Below are positions 1 through 9,855 of a stretch of 51,956 bases of DNA, in pieces (position 1 is the stretch's first letter; each line of letters opens with the position of its first letter). The notes below the pieces were generated by a model that saw only the letters and a program-made list of their open reading frames with translations, did not search any database and was not told where the DNA came from. Source of the stretch: Lachnospiraceae bacterium (GTDB taxonomy: Bacteria; Bacillota_I; Bacilli_A; RFN20; CAG-449); the NCBI GenBank assembly GCA_963648895.1, contig CAVJGK010000002.1:1-51956 (forward strand), read 5' to 3'. The position numbers were made by a program, and so were the translations under genes.

Positions 1-30
1 AGCAAATGCCTCACTAAGTAAAATAATAAT

Positions 31-291
31 TTATGAATTAATTGATGATAATGTTTCAATAACATCACTAGGTGAATAATCAATAATACCTTGTAATAAA
101 GTAGACATATCACAACCTAATGCAATCGCGATTTTATTTAAAATCATTAAAGTAGGATTTCTTCTACCTCTTTCTAAATCAGAAATATAATTTTTATTTA
201 TTTCTGCTTCGTACGCTAATGTTAATTGAGACATCTTTTTTTGTTTTCTTAAGAAAGTAATTCTCTTTCCTAATTGTTCATAGATGTTCAT
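31..291 (-). CDS. XRE-family helix-turn-helix transcriptional regulator (86 aa)
   Basis: ORF track; classic HTH core MSQLTLAYEAEINKNYISDLERGRRNPTLMILNKIAIALG; its ATG (289-291) directly abuts the whiA stop codon (292-294). Confidence 0.8.
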   Translation of the reverse strand: MNIYEQLGKRITFLRKQKKMSQLTLAYEAEINKNYISDLERGRRNPTLMILNKIAIALGCDMSTLLQGIIDYSPSDVIETLSSINS

Positions 292-1245
292 TTATTTATT
301 CTCCAATCTTGAAGCTAAATCATGAATGTCACTAAATATACGATTGACACTAGATTTAGATAATTTAATTTGATAATCATCTTTCAATATATCGACAATT
401 TGAGATAAAGGGATATCAACATTTTCTTTTCTTATTGAAGCAACTATTTGTTCTTTTTCTTTTAATGTATTTAAGCCAATATTTTCTTCAATTACTTGAA
501 TATCATGTAATTGAGCATTAGCTTTTTCTAATGTTTTTTTATAATTAGCATTAAAACATATTTGATATCTATTATCAGAATTAATAAAGTCTTTTTCAAT
601 TCTGATACTCTCAAAATCTAGCATTGAATTAGATGCGCCAACTAAGGCTAAGAAGTTAGATATTTGATCTGCTTTTTTAACATAGACCATATATTTCTTT
701 CTTCTTTGGATAATTTTACCATCGACATTACGATCGTTTCTAAATTTATTTAATAATTTAACAACGAACTTAGCGTCGCTTTCTTTTTCAATAACCATTT
801 GAAGGTGGTAATTTCCTCCATTTGGAGAATTAACACTTCCAGAAGCAAGGAAAACACCTGCTAAAAAATTTCTAACTCTATTTCCTTCTTCTCCTTTAAT
901 AGTAGCTTTAGGAGTAAGATATTCTCCATCTTTATAAATTTCTAATTCTTCTAATATCTTATAGAAATTAGTATTAGTTTTAATTTTATAAACAACGCAC
1001 TTATCTAATTTCATTTTACGTGAATTAAAAAACTTAGGATTAGCGTCAAATATTTTTACTAACCCTTGATAGATTAATTTAGCTATTTTGGAATTTTCAG
1101 TTTGAAGAGATATTTCTTCATTTTCAAAATCAAAAACACCATTAGTTCTAATAAATCCTGAAAGTAAAGGTTTAAGACTATCATAAGTATATTCGTTTAA
1201 ACAAATTTCATCTTTAACACATTGAGTAAAAGATTCTCTTTTCAT
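292..1245 (-). CDS. whiA: DNA-binding protein WhiA (317 aa)
   Basis: ORF track; length and blocks typical of WhiA (degenerate LAGLIDADG-like core FLAGVFLASGSVNSP, C-terminal HTH LSKSSVNRIFSDI); AAGGAGG RBS upstream of the ATG. Confidence 0.85.
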   Translation of the reverse strand: MKRESFTQCVKDEICLNEYTYDSLKPLLSGFIRTNGVFDFENEEISLQTENSKIAKLIYQGLVKIFDANPKFFNSRKMKLDKCVVYKIKTNTNFYKILEELEIYKDGEYLTPKATIKGEEGNRVRNFLAGVFLASGSVNSPNGGNYHLQMVIEKESDAKFVVKLLNKFRNDRNVDGKIIQRRKKYMVYVKKADQISNFLALVGASNSMLDFESIRIEKDFINSDNRYQICFNANYKKTLEKANAQLHDIQVIEENIGLNTLKEKEQIVASIRKENVDIPLSQIVDILKDDYQIKLSKSSVNRIFSDIHDLASRLENK

Positions 1246-1273
1246 AGTCCACCTCCTTTAGACAAGTGGTATT

Positions 1274-1302
1274 ATTATACTAATATGAGTGTAGTATAGC
1301 AA
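1274..1302 (-). promoter_or_regulatory. sigma-A type promoter for whiA (TTGCTA-17-TATAAT)
   Basis: minus strand reads TTGCTA (1302-1297), a 17-nt spacer, then TATAAT (1279-1274), just upstream of the whiA RBS. Confidence 0.6.
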
Positions 1303-1396
1303 GAAGAAATTTCAGTTTTTTTCTTAATGGAGATAGTCATTTTTCACATTTGGAATACATATCAAAACAAAATGTATTTCAAATGTAAATATCGAA

Positions 1397-1423
1397 CAAA
1401 ATAAAACTCAGGTTTCCCTGAGT
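1397..1423 (-). terminator. rho-independent terminator after trxB
   Basis: minus strand ACTCAGG-GAAA-CCTGAGT followed by TTTTATTTT, starting 3 nt after the trxB stop. Confidence 0.7.
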
Positions 1424-1425
1424 AA

Positions 1426-2331
1426 TTATCTTTTTAAATAATTAGAAGCACTTATTCCTGCATTGGCTCCATCACCTACTGCAGTTGCGATTTGTCTTAA
1501 AGATTTTTTTATACAATCACCACAAGCAAATAATCCATCAATGGAAGTTGCCATTTCATTATTTACTTTGATATATCCTTTCTCATCATAGATATCAAAT
1601 CCTTCTAAGAAAGAATTATTAGGAGTTGCTCCTACATAAGTAAATATAGCTTTTAACTTTAAAGATTTAATTTCTTTAGTTTCTACATTTTGGATTACAA
1701 GTTCATCAACATTCTTATCACCTTTTATCTCTAAAGGAATAAATGGTGTCAATATTTCAATATGTGAATCTTGTTTCACCCTATTAACTACTTCTTCATC
1801 ACCTCTAAATTCATTACGGCGATGAACTAAATAAACTTTGTCAGTTAAAGAAGATAAATATAGACTTTCTTCTAAAGCAGAATTGCCTCCTCCAATAATA
1901 GCCATTGGATGACCTTTAAAGAAGTTTCCATCACATACTGCACAAGTAGATACTCCATGAGCGAAGAATTCTTTTTCACCTGGAATATTTAATTTTGAAT
2001 CGATGGTACCACTGGCAATAATTACTGCATCAAATTCATATTCACCTTTAGAAGTACTTACTTTAAAAATATCATTTTCTTTTTTAACATTATTCACTTC
2101 TTCATAATGGATTTTAATACCATTAGAATTTAATTGATTAACAAATTCATTGGCCAAATCAAATCCATTGATCGATTTAAATCCAGGATAATTATCAATT
2201 TTATAAGTAAGAGGAACTTTCCCTCCAGGCATTGATTTTTCTACTAAATAAGGTTCTACTCCACTTCTTTTTAAATAGATAGAAGCAGTTATACCACTAG
2301 GGCCTGCTCCAATAACTAAACATCTTTTCAT
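1426..2331 (-). CDS. trxB: thioredoxin-disulfide reductase (301 aa)
   Basis: ORF track; FAD motif GAGPSG, redox-active CAVCDG, NADPH motif GGGNSALEE. Confidence 0.9.
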   Translation of the reverse strand: MKRCLVIGAGPSGITASIYLKRSGVEPYLVEKSMPGGKVPLTYKIDNYPGFKSINGFDLANEFVNQLNSNGIKIHYEEVNNVKKENDIFKVSTSKGEYEFDAVIIASGTIDSKLNIPGEKEFFAHGVSTCAVCDGNFFKGHPMAIIGGGNSALEESLYLSSLTDKVYLVHRRNEFRGDEEVVNRVKQDSHIEILTPFIPLEIKGDKNVDELVIQNVETKEIKSLKLKAIFTYVGATPNNSFLEGFDIYDEKGYIKVNNEMATSIDGLFACGDCIKKSLRQIATAVGDGANAGISASNYLKR

Positions 2332-3491
2332 TATTTTTCTTCCTCATTCTTTACTTGTTCATATACTGGTTTAGTAAAAACTTGACCATGTGACCAAAGT
2401 CCCATTTCATCTTTTAAGATCATATAAATTAAATCCATAACCCAATATAATAAACCAAATGGAATAGCGAATAATGCTGCAGTAAAATTATCTTTGGAAA
2501 AACGATAAATAATCGCATTTAACCAACCTGTTACAGGGATTGCAGTAATAATAATTCTTGTTGTTCTACTTAATGAATCGAACTTAGGTGCATAAGCAAG
2601 AAGTAAAGTAGTAAAATCTTTATTCTTTTTCTTTAAATAATAATGGTTAAAATAAATACCTGCAATAACTAGAACTCCTAAAACAATAAATAATATCGCA
2701 ATAAACTTACTTGTGGAGAATCCTGAATTATTTGGAGACATAATGTAAGAAGAATTTCTTAAAGGTTCAAGAATCATTCTTACTGTACCATACCAGATAA
2801 AATAAGCTCCAGCGACAACTCCAGGTCTCATATATTTTCTTAATGCTTTATCTAAAACAAAGACAATGATTAAAAATCCAATAATGTTTAATGTTCCTTC
2901 AATTAAGAATAAAGGTAAAGCAATAGTTGAACCATCAGTTGAACAAGAAGAAACAGTCATTTGATCAATAAACCATTGACCTAACCATCTCCATGGTCCT
3001 GCATCAACACATCCTCCATAAACTTCTTGGTTGAAGAAATTACCCCATCTACCAATTGCTTGAGCGACTAAGATAGTAGGAACACATGAATCAACAATAT
3101 CTAATAGCTTCATGTTTTTTCTTCTCTTCTTTAAGAAGATAATTCCGGCACTTACTCCAAATAGAACTCCACCTTGAATAGCAAGTCCGCTGATACCTTG
3201 GAAGTGTCCATTATAAATACCAAAACAAGCTAGTAATGTAGTCCAGAAGTTTCCGGTATTAAATTCATGGAATTGCCATACACAATACCAAACTCTCGCA
3301 CCAACTAATCCCATTGGGAAAGCGACTAAGAATAGATTTTCAATATCATGAGGATTATATCCTCTTTGTTTTACTCTCCATTCTGATAATACTAAAGCAA
3401 GTATCGCTCCAATAAGAATGAAAGTTGCATAGAATGTAATTTGGAAACTACCAAAGCCATAAGTCTTTGGCAATAATAAAATATTATTCAT
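2331..3491 (-). CDS. lgt: prolipoprotein diacylglyceryl transferase with a roughly 100-aa C-terminal membrane extension (386 aa)
   Basis: ORF track; polytopic; Lgt signature GRWGNFFNQEVYG; its stop overlaps the trxB start by 1 nt (TAATG). Confidence 0.85.
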   Translation of the reverse strand: MNNILLLPKTYGFGSFQITFYATFILIGAILALVLSEWRVKQRGYNPHDIENLFLVAFPMGLVGARVWYCVWQFHEFNTGNFWTTLLACFGIYNGHFQGISGLAIQGGVLFGVSAGIIFLKKRRKNMKLLDIVDSCVPTILVAQAIGRWGNFFNQEVYGGCVDAGPWRWLGQWFIDQMTVSSCSTDGSTIALPLFLIEGTLNIIGFLIIVFVLDKALRKYMRPGVVAGAYFIWYGTVRMILEPLRNSSYIMSPNNSGFSTSKFIAILFIVLGVLVIAGIYFNHYYLKKKNKDFTTLLLAYAPKFDSLSRTTRIIITAIPVTGWLNAIIYRFSKDNFTAALFAIPFGLLYWVMDLIYMILKDEMGLWSHGQVFTKPVYEQVKNEEEK

Positions 3492-3493
3492 AA

Positions 3494-4426
3494 CTATGAG
3501 CTCCTCTTTCTTAATAATTCATTTAATCTTTCTTCAAAGATATAAGTTGAATCATATCCACGTTTTTTAAGTTTATAATTAGTAACTGCCGTTTCAATAA
3601 TATCACCAACTGCACGAGCTCCAGATACTGGAAGAGTAATTTCTGGAACTTTTTGTCCTAATATATCGACATATTTTTGATTAGTGCCTAAACGTTCCAT
3701 TTCTTGTTGAGCATCTAAAGTAACTAATTTAATTACTAAATCAACTTCTTTTGATTCAATAACTGAATTAATGCCAAACATCTTAGAAACATCGATAATA
3801 CCAATACCTCTAACTTCGATCATGTTGGTTAATAATTCTGGTGCACGACCAATTAATTTATTTCTCACTAAAGAAATATCAACGCGGTCATCAGAAACTA
3901 AATGATGGTTCTTTTTTAATAATTCCAAAGCAGTTTCTGATTTACCAATGCCTGATTCACCAGTGATAATTACACCTGTAGAATAAATCTCTACTAATGT
4001 ACCATGTAATGAAGTAGAAGGTGCAAGTTCTTCTGATAAATAAGTGATCATATCAATATTTAAATCATTAGTTTTACGATTAGATCTAAACATTGGGAAA
4101 TTTGTTTGTTTCGCAATATTTAAAATTCTTGGATCAACTTCATTATCCGCGGTAATAATACATCCTGGACAACATTCAACAAACAAGAATTCAAATGCCT
4201 TTTTGATTTTAGCATCAGACATTGTTTTTATATATAAAGTTTCTTTATTACCGATAACGATAATTCTTTTTGAACGAGGTGAATCAAAGAAGCCTGCAAG
4301 TTCAAGACCTGGACGATTAACATTAATCTCTACAACTTCTCTTTTCATCGAATTGAAATCACCATTGAGCCATACTAAGCCAAAATGATTCGCAACATCT
4401 TGAATTGTAATAGTCTTCTTTTTCAT
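3494..4426 (-). CDS. hprK: HPr kinase/phosphorylase (310 aa)
   Basis: ORF track; Walker A GESGIGKSETALEL and the downstream HprK core MIEVRGIGIIDV; conserved hprK-lgt linkage. Confidence 0.9.
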   Translation of the reverse strand: MKKKTITIQDVANHFGLVWLNGDFNSMKREVVEINVNRPGLELAGFFDSPRSKRIIVIGNKETLYIKTMSDAKIKKAFEFLFVECCPGCIITADNEVDPRILNIAKQTNFPMFRSNRKTNDLNIDMITYLSEELAPSTSLHGTLVEIYSTGVIITGESGIGKSETALELLKKNHHLVSDDRVDISLVRNKLIGRAPELLTNMIEVRGIGIIDVSKMFGINSVIESKEVDLVIKLVTLDAQQEMERLGTNQKYVDILGQKVPEITLPVSGARAVGDIIETAVTNYKLKKRGYDSTYIFEERLNELLRKRSS

Positions 4427-4435
4427 GCTTACCTC

Positions 4436-7291
4436 CTATTTTCTTTTATTCATTCTTTCTAAATCTCTTTTTAAGATTTTCTTTAAATATTGGCCAGTAT
4501 AGGAATCTTCAACTTGTGAAACTTCTTCAGGTGTACCAAGTGCGATAACTTGACCGCCTTTTTCTCCACCTTCATAGCCCATATCTATTATATAGTCTGC
4601 ACATTTAATTACATCTAAATTATGTTCAATAATTAAAACTGAATTACCTGTAGAAACTAAAGTATATAATACATTTAATAATTTTTTAACATCATCGATG
4701 TGTAAACCGGTTGTTGGTTCATCAAGGATATATAAAGTAGAACCAGTTGATTTACGTTGTAATTCATAAGCAAGTTTTACTCTTTGAGCTTCTCCACCAC
4801 TTAATGTAGTAGAAGATTGACCCAGTTTAACATATCCTAATCCAACATCAACTAAAGTTTTTACTTTGCGGTAAATTGAAGGAATATTTTCAAAGAAGTT
4901 CATTGCTTCTTCACTAGTCATATCCAATACATCTGCGATAGATTTACCTTTATATGTGATGTTCAATGTTTCTTGGTTATAACGTTTACCATTACATTCT
5001 TCACATTTTACATAAACATCTGGCATGAAGTTCATAGAAATTCTAGTAACTCCATCACCTTCACATTTTTCACATCTTCCACCTTTAACATTAAATGAGA
5101 ATCTTGATTTATCATAACCTTTCGCTCTTGCATCAATGGTGCTAGCAAATAAGTCTCTAATATCATCAAATACTCCAATATATGTGGCGGGATTACTTCT
5201 TGGACTTCTTCCAATTGGTTCTTGAGATACATTGATAACTTTATCAATATTTTCAATTCCAGTAATGGATGATACTTTACCAGGTTTAATTTTGGTTTTA
5301 TTTAATTTAACTTGTAATGTTTTATATAAAGTTTCATTGATTAATGATGATTTACCACTACCTGAAACACCAGTTACGCAGACAAACATTCCTAAAGGAA
5401 TATCCACATCAACATTTTTTAAGTTATTAACTTCTGCACCTCTAATTTTAATAAACTTCTTGTTACCTTTACCTCGATAAATATTATAAGGAATAAATTC
5501 TTCTCCTTTTAAATATTTACCAGTTAAAGAGTTAGGATTATCCATAACTTCTTTAGGTGTTCCTTGAGCGACTATTTCTCCTCCATGAATACCAGCACCT
5601 GGACCAATATCAACTAAATAATCCGCGGCTAACATTGTATCTTCATCATGTTCGACAACAATTAAAGTATTACCTAAATCTCTCATCGCTTTTAAAGTGG
5701 TAATCAATTTATCATTATCTCTTTGATGTAAACCAATACTTGGTTCATCAAGGACATATAATACTCCGGATAATCTAGAACCAATTTGAGTCGCAAGTCT
5801 AATTCTTTGAGCTTCGCCACCGCTTAAAGTCATGGCAGTTCTAGACAATGTTAAATAATCTAAACCAACATCAACTAAGAAAGAAACACGGTTATAGATT
5901 TCTTTAATAACTAAATTACCGATGTTATTTTGTTCAGTAGTTAAATGTGATGGTAAATCTTTAATAAATTCGAGTAACTTACCTAATGATAAATTACATA
6001 ATTCATAGATGTTTAAACCATTTATTTTAACCGCTAAAACCTTGTCATTTAATCTAGCACCATTACATTTATTACAAATGGTATCTTCCATAAATGTTTG
6101 ATAATAACCACGCATAAATTCAGAAGTAGTTGTTAAATACATTCTATCAATGCGGTTTTTAACACCTTCAAAACCAACTCTAGTAGTTTCATTACCAGAG
6201 CTAGATTTTAATTTCATTTTGATAGGTTCAAGAGAACCAAACATACAAATCTTTTTTTGTGAATTTAATAAATTGCGATATGGAATATCTCTTGGGATAT
6301 TATAATAATCACAGGTATAAGCAAATTCTTGCCATTCTAAGTTTTGTGTTTCAGCGATGTTTTTATAATAAGCAATCGCCCCTTGATTTAACGTTAATTC
6401 ATCATTAGTTATTAATAAATCAGGATTACATTCTCTTTTAATACCTAGTCCATTACATTCAGGACATGCTCCTAATGGAGCGTTAAAAGAAAATAATCTT
6501 GGTTCTAATGGAGGGACGGAGAATCCGCAGTATTTACATGCTTGATGTTCGGAGAATAATTCTTCTTTATCTCCCATTTTCACTAATACAAAGCCATTAC
6601 CAATATCTAAAGCAGTTTCTAATGATTCATATAATCTTTCATCACTATCTTCTTTTAAAGCTAGTCTATCTACTACAATATCAATTGTATGTCTTGCATT
6701 TTTTTCTAATGGTTTTAATTCAGAGAATCTAACAATTTCTCCATGATCAATTCTTACTCTTTCAAAACCTCTTTTTTGGAATTTATCAAGAGTATCTTTA
6801 TGTGTACCTTTTTCATTATTAACAATAGGTGCGAATATAAAAACCTTTGTTCCTAATTCATTATTTTTAATAATATCAATCATTTGTTTGATTGTGAATT
6901 TAACAATTGGTTCATTATGAGTAGGACAATAAGCTACCCCAACACGTGAATATAATAATCTTAAATAATCATAAATTTCTGTAACAGTACCAACTGTTGA
7001 ACGAGGGTTATGAGATGTAGTTTTTTGATCAATCGCAATAGCAGGAGATAATCCTTCAATAGAATCAACATCAGGTTTTTCTGGATTACCTAAAAATTGT
7101 CTAGCATAACTAGACAAGGATTCAATATATCTTCTTTGACCTTCCGAGAAAATAGTATCAAAAGCTAAAGTAGATTTACCACTACCTGATACACCCGTAA
7201 AAACAACTAATTTATCTTTAGGAATACTAATATCAATATTCTTTAAATTATTTTCTCTAGCACCTTTAACTATAATTTGATCTTTTGCCAT
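4436..7291 (-). CDS. uvrA: excinuclease ABC subunit A (951 aa)
   Basis: ORF track; two ABC modules (GVSGSGKST, GVSGSGKSS; LSGGEAQR twice) and CxxC zinc-finger pairs. Confidence 0.95.
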   Translation of the reverse strand: MAKDQIIVKGARENNLKNIDISIPKDKLVVFTGVSGSGKSTLAFDTIFSEGQRRYIESLSSYARQFLGNPEKPDVDSIEGLSPAIAIDQKTTSHNPRSTVGTVTEIYDYLRLLYSRVGVAYCPTHNEPIVKFTIKQMIDIIKNNELGTKVFIFAPIVNNEKGTHKDTLDKFQKRGFERVRIDHGEIVRFSELKPLEKNARHTIDIVVDRLALKEDSDERLYESLETALDIGNGFVLVKMGDKEELFSEHQACKYCGFSVPPLEPRLFSFNAPLGACPECNGLGIKRECNPDLLITNDELTLNQGAIAYYKNIAETQNLEWQEFAYTCDYYNIPRDIPYRNLLNSQKKICMFGSLEPIKMKLKSSSGNETTRVGFEGVKNRIDRMYLTTTSEFMRGYYQTFMEDTICNKCNGARLNDKVLAVKINGLNIYELCNLSLGKLLEFIKDLPSHLTTEQNNIGNLVIKEIYNRVSFLVDVGLDYLTLSRTAMTLSGGEAQRIRLATQIGSRLSGVLYVLDEPSIGLHQRDNDKLITTLKAMRDLGNTLIVVEHDEDTMLAADYLVDIGPGAGIHGGEIVAQGTPKEVMDNPNSLTGKYLKGEEFIPYNIYRGKGNKKFIKIRGAEVNNLKNVDVDIPLGMFVCVTGVSGSGKSSLINETLYKTLQVKLNKTKIKPGKVSSITGIENIDKVINVSQEPIGRSPRSNPATYIGVFDDIRDLFASTIDARAKGYDKSRFSFNVKGGRCEKCEGDGVTRISMNFMPDVYVKCEECNGKRYNQETLNITYKGKSIADVLDMTSEEAMNFFENIPSIYRKVKTLVDVGLGYVKLGQSSTTLSGGEAQRVKLAYELQRKSTGSTLYILDEPTTGLHIDDVKKLLNVLYTLVSTGNSVLIIEHNLDVIKCADYIIDMGYEGGEKGGQVIALGTPEEVSQVEDSYTGQYLKKILKRDLERMNKRK

Positions 7292-7294
7292 ATA

Positions 7295-7846
7295 TTAACA
7301 TTCTTTCCCATATTTTGAAATGCGTTCTTCATCTACCACTTTAATTGCCTCATCTAAGAATTTATAACCCGTTTTATAATCAACAATTTCCATACCGATA
7401 TAATACAAAATCGCAACTATAAAAACAACCCATCCTGGATGCCATAAATTTTTAAACATTCCTAAATATGAATATATTAAAGCAGTCAACGCTGCCATAT
7501 TAAATCTAACAAATTGTTTTCTATAAATAACTTCTACAACTGATATTGAAATTGGTATTAAGATAAATAACATCCAAAAATAAGCAAAACCATAAGAATT
7601 CTCACTTAAAACAAATCCCAAGATTAAATAAGCGAGTAAAGTAACACCAAAAGAAATAAGACCAACAAGTAACATTAAATCTCGACATTCTTTAATATCT
7701 CTAGCAGTTTCTTTTTTAGAAAACTTATAATAAGAAGATTTATGTTTAATTAAAATTTCATCTTCTACGACTGATATGTCTTTCTTTTTAAAATCATGAA
7801 GGCTATTTATCTCTCCTTCATATTTAGTTTTTTTTAATTTAGTCAT
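7295..7846 (-). CDS. hypothetical membrane protein (183 aa from the ATG at 7846)
   Basis: ORF track ORF 7295-7894. Its first 16 codons start at a TTG that lies inside the upstream terminator hairpin. The ATG at 7846 is preceded by GGTGA. 3-4 predicted TM segments; stop is 3 nt before the uvrA start. Confidence 0.6.
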   Translation of the reverse strand: MTKLKKTKYEGEINSLHDFKKKDISVVEDEILIKHKSSYYKFSKKETARDIKECRDLMLLVGLISFGVTLLAYLILGFVLSENSYGFAYFWMLFILIPISISVVEVIYRKQFVRFNMAALTALIYSYLGMFKNLWHPGWVVFIVAILYYIGMEIVDYKTGYKFLDEAIKVVDEERISKYGKEC

Positions 7847-7879
7847 ATTTATCACCACAAAAATAATAACATAAGTAAG

Positions 7880-7904
7880 AAAAAAAGCCCACAATTGTGG
7901 GCTT
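7880..7904 (-). terminator. rho-independent terminator after the 635-aa lipoprotein gene
   Basis: minus strand AAGCCCACAATTGTGGGCTT followed by TTTTTTT. Confidence 0.75.
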
Positions 7905-7926
7905 AAAATAATTATTATTTTAAATC

Positions 7927-9834
7927 TTATTTAGCTGTGTCTGCAACTAAATAAATAGTAATTGAATATAATGAGTTATTATATGTAGATACATTAGCGA
8001 GTAATGCACTTTGAGAATTAAATTTCCATGATGCTACTTTTGATTTATTATTTGAAGTAGATGTTTCTTGTGTATAATCAACTTTATTTTCATCTTTAAT
8101 TTCTGTTCCAGTATATCCTGTTAAATTATAGAAATTATAATGATCAACAACTACTTTATAAACTTTATAACCTGTAGGAGCTTCAATTAAAATTTTTCCT
8201 CCTTCAGAAGCTTTATTATTAACAGAAAATTCTTTATAAGATTCTTGTAATACGCAGCCTGTCAATTTCATTGTTGCTTTTACTGTAGTTTCACCAGCTG
8301 TACAATCAACTTCAATTTTATCAACATTACCTACTGATTCAGTTAATCCAGCAGCTTTCATATCAGTATAATCTAATGCTTTAGAAACTAATGTAGTAGC
8401 AAGTTCTGTTTCAAATGTAAGTGTTTTTGTTGCAGAAGCTTCGCCTTTTGTAGCAGTTACAGTAACTACATTTGTATCTTTTGTTGTAGTTGGAGTAACA
8501 GTAATAGTACCTTTAGAAGCATCAACTGTTGCAGTATTACCACTTGTTAATTCTAATGTAACAGTTACATCGCTATAGGATGATGTAATAGTATATGTTG
8601 CATCATTATCTAAACTAAATTTTGTACCACCTAATTTAGTTGTGATAGTTTGTAAAACAGCATTTACTTTTGCCGCATCAGTCATATCATTTTCAGTTAC
8701 AGTAATTGCATCTGCATCTTTTGCAGTTGCATAGCAAGCATAAGCATTTGAATAAACAGTAGTAATACCAACAAAATCAAATTGTTTACCTTTTGTTACT
8801 GCTTCATTATATTTTGCAACAATATCATCTGTCTTAGAAATATAATTTTTGTTATTGTAGAAATAGAATTCAGTTGTACCTGTACCAACTGTGAAATAAT
8901 AATAATTGCCATCAATTCTTGTTGGAGAGCAACCTTTTAATGTAATATAAGCATTTTGATATTTTGAATCAACTGTTTCTGTAGAATTTTTAGTTGCTTT
9001 TTCCCAATCACTTGTTGCATCAATAGGTGCAATGTCTGTAACTGTTGGAGTATCTTCATCAATTACATAAGAACCACCTGAAGCAAATTCTTCTTGACCA
9101 TTATAGTCACTTCTTGTACCTACATAGATAATTGTATCACCGACTTTTGCGCGTGTTTGGCCTTCTTCAACAGTTGGTTTATAACCAAAATAAGAATAGC
9201 CTTCAGAATCTCTAAATACAACAGTTGTAGTATCTGCATATGCTGAGATACATGTTACAACACCTTTAAGAATATAAGTTTTATTCTTTGTGTTTTGTGC
9301 CCATGTTTCATGTGTATCAAATGTTAATACTGGAACAATAACATTGATTGTTTCATGTCTACCTGAAGTTAATTCTGAGAAAGTTTTTGTAACTCCTTCT
9401 AAAGTAAATGATGGAGTTAATTTAGCTTTGATTTCTTCTTTAACGACATTTTTTGTCCAACCTGTAATTGAAACTTTACCGTCTTTGTAAGAAATAACAC
9501 CTTCTGTACCTTCAGTTTGTTGTAAAGTCCAAGTAACAGCGACATCATCACTACCAATTGCAACTGATGTTAATACTGTGAAATCTGCAGTTGCTTGAGC
9601 ATTATTTTTTGATTTAGTAGCGGACCATAAAAAATCTGCAGCATCTGTTAACACAGATAAGATATCTTCATTTGTTCTACCAGTTGAAGTAGAAGATGGA
9701 GATGTTTCACTTGAACTTGTTGTTTGGTTATTGCTAGAAGGACTAGAAGCACTTGATGAAGTACCTGCACATGCAGCTGCACTAAATGTTAAAATTAATG
9801 CAGATGACAATACTAATAATTTTTTAAATTTCAT
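7927..9834 (-). CDS. surface lipoprotein with Ser-rich tether and OB-fold-like segments (635 aa)
   Basis: ORF track; signal peptide plus lipobox (LTFSAAAC); Ser/Thr-rich linker; segments such as YILKGVVTCISAYADTTTVVFRDSEGYSY resemble OB-fold nucleic-acid-binding modules (inference); GGGGA RBS. Confidence 0.7.
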   Translation of the reverse strand: MKFKKLLVLSSALILTFSAAACAGTSSSASSPSSNNQTTSSSETSPSSTSTGRTNEDILSVLTDAADFLWSATKSKNNAQATADFTVLTSVAIGSDDVAVTWTLQQTEGTEGVISYKDGKVSITGWTKNVVKEEIKAKLTPSFTLEGVTKTFSELTSGRHETINVIVPVLTFDTHETWAQNTKNKTYILKGVVTCISAYADTTTVVFRDSEGYSYFGYKPTVEEGQTRAKVGDTIIYVGTRSDYNGQEEFASGGSYVIDEDTPTVTDIAPIDATSDWEKATKNSTETVDSKYQNAYITLKGCSPTRIDGNYYYFTVGTGTTEFYFYNNKNYISKTDDIVAKYNEAVTKGKQFDFVGITTVYSNAYACYATAKDADAITVTENDMTDAAKVNAVLQTITTKLGGTKFSLDNDATYTITSSYSDVTVTLELTSGNTATVDASKGTITVTPTTTKDTNVVTVTATKGEASATKTLTFETELATTLVSKALDYTDMKAAGLTESVGNVDKIEVDCTAGETTVKATMKLTGCVLQESYKEFSVNNKASEGGKILIEAPTGYKVYKVVVDHYNFYNLTGYTGTEIKDENKVDYTQETSTSNNKSKVASWKFNSQSALLANVSTYNNSLYSITIYLVADTAK

Positions 9835-9855
9835 TTTAACTTTTCCCCTTTTTAA

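Noticed and set aside
4044-4388. Plus-strand ORFs in the track (4044-4388, 5232-5480, 6499-6732, 9290-9490, 12959-13165, 15172-15369, 17691-17891, 18620-18844, 20134-20334, 21759-21941, 23023-23211, 23574-23947, 24924-25181, 27283-27495, 27752-27964, 28586-28807, 29163-29444, 29463-29828, 31007-31288, 33050-33322, 34340-34630, 34847-35086, 43913-44236, 44636-44836, 50695-51057)
   Set aside because: All lie antisense to well-supported, conserved minus-strand genes. They have low-complexity or hydrophobic translations typical of shadow ORFs, lack RBSs, and resemble no family I know.
5032-5256. Minus-strand alternative-frame ORFs nested in larger genes (5032-5256, 11922-12185, 14394-14591, 15953-16261, 28852-29055)
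   Set aside because: Each is fully contained out of frame within a recognisable gene (uvrA, binding proteins, permease, rplF). The translations are junk-like, with no RBS or independent support.
7847-7894. Longer N-terminal extensions offered by the ORF track (7847-7894, 18928-18945, 20919-20933, 21900-21950, 32892-32918, 39175-39195, 40770-40778, 51813-51833)
   Set aside because: Several begin at TTG/GTG codons. They lack an RBS, overlap an upstream terminator hairpin or the preceding gene, and add residues foreign to the family. In each case an internal ATG with a good Shine-Dalgarno gives the canonical N-terminus.
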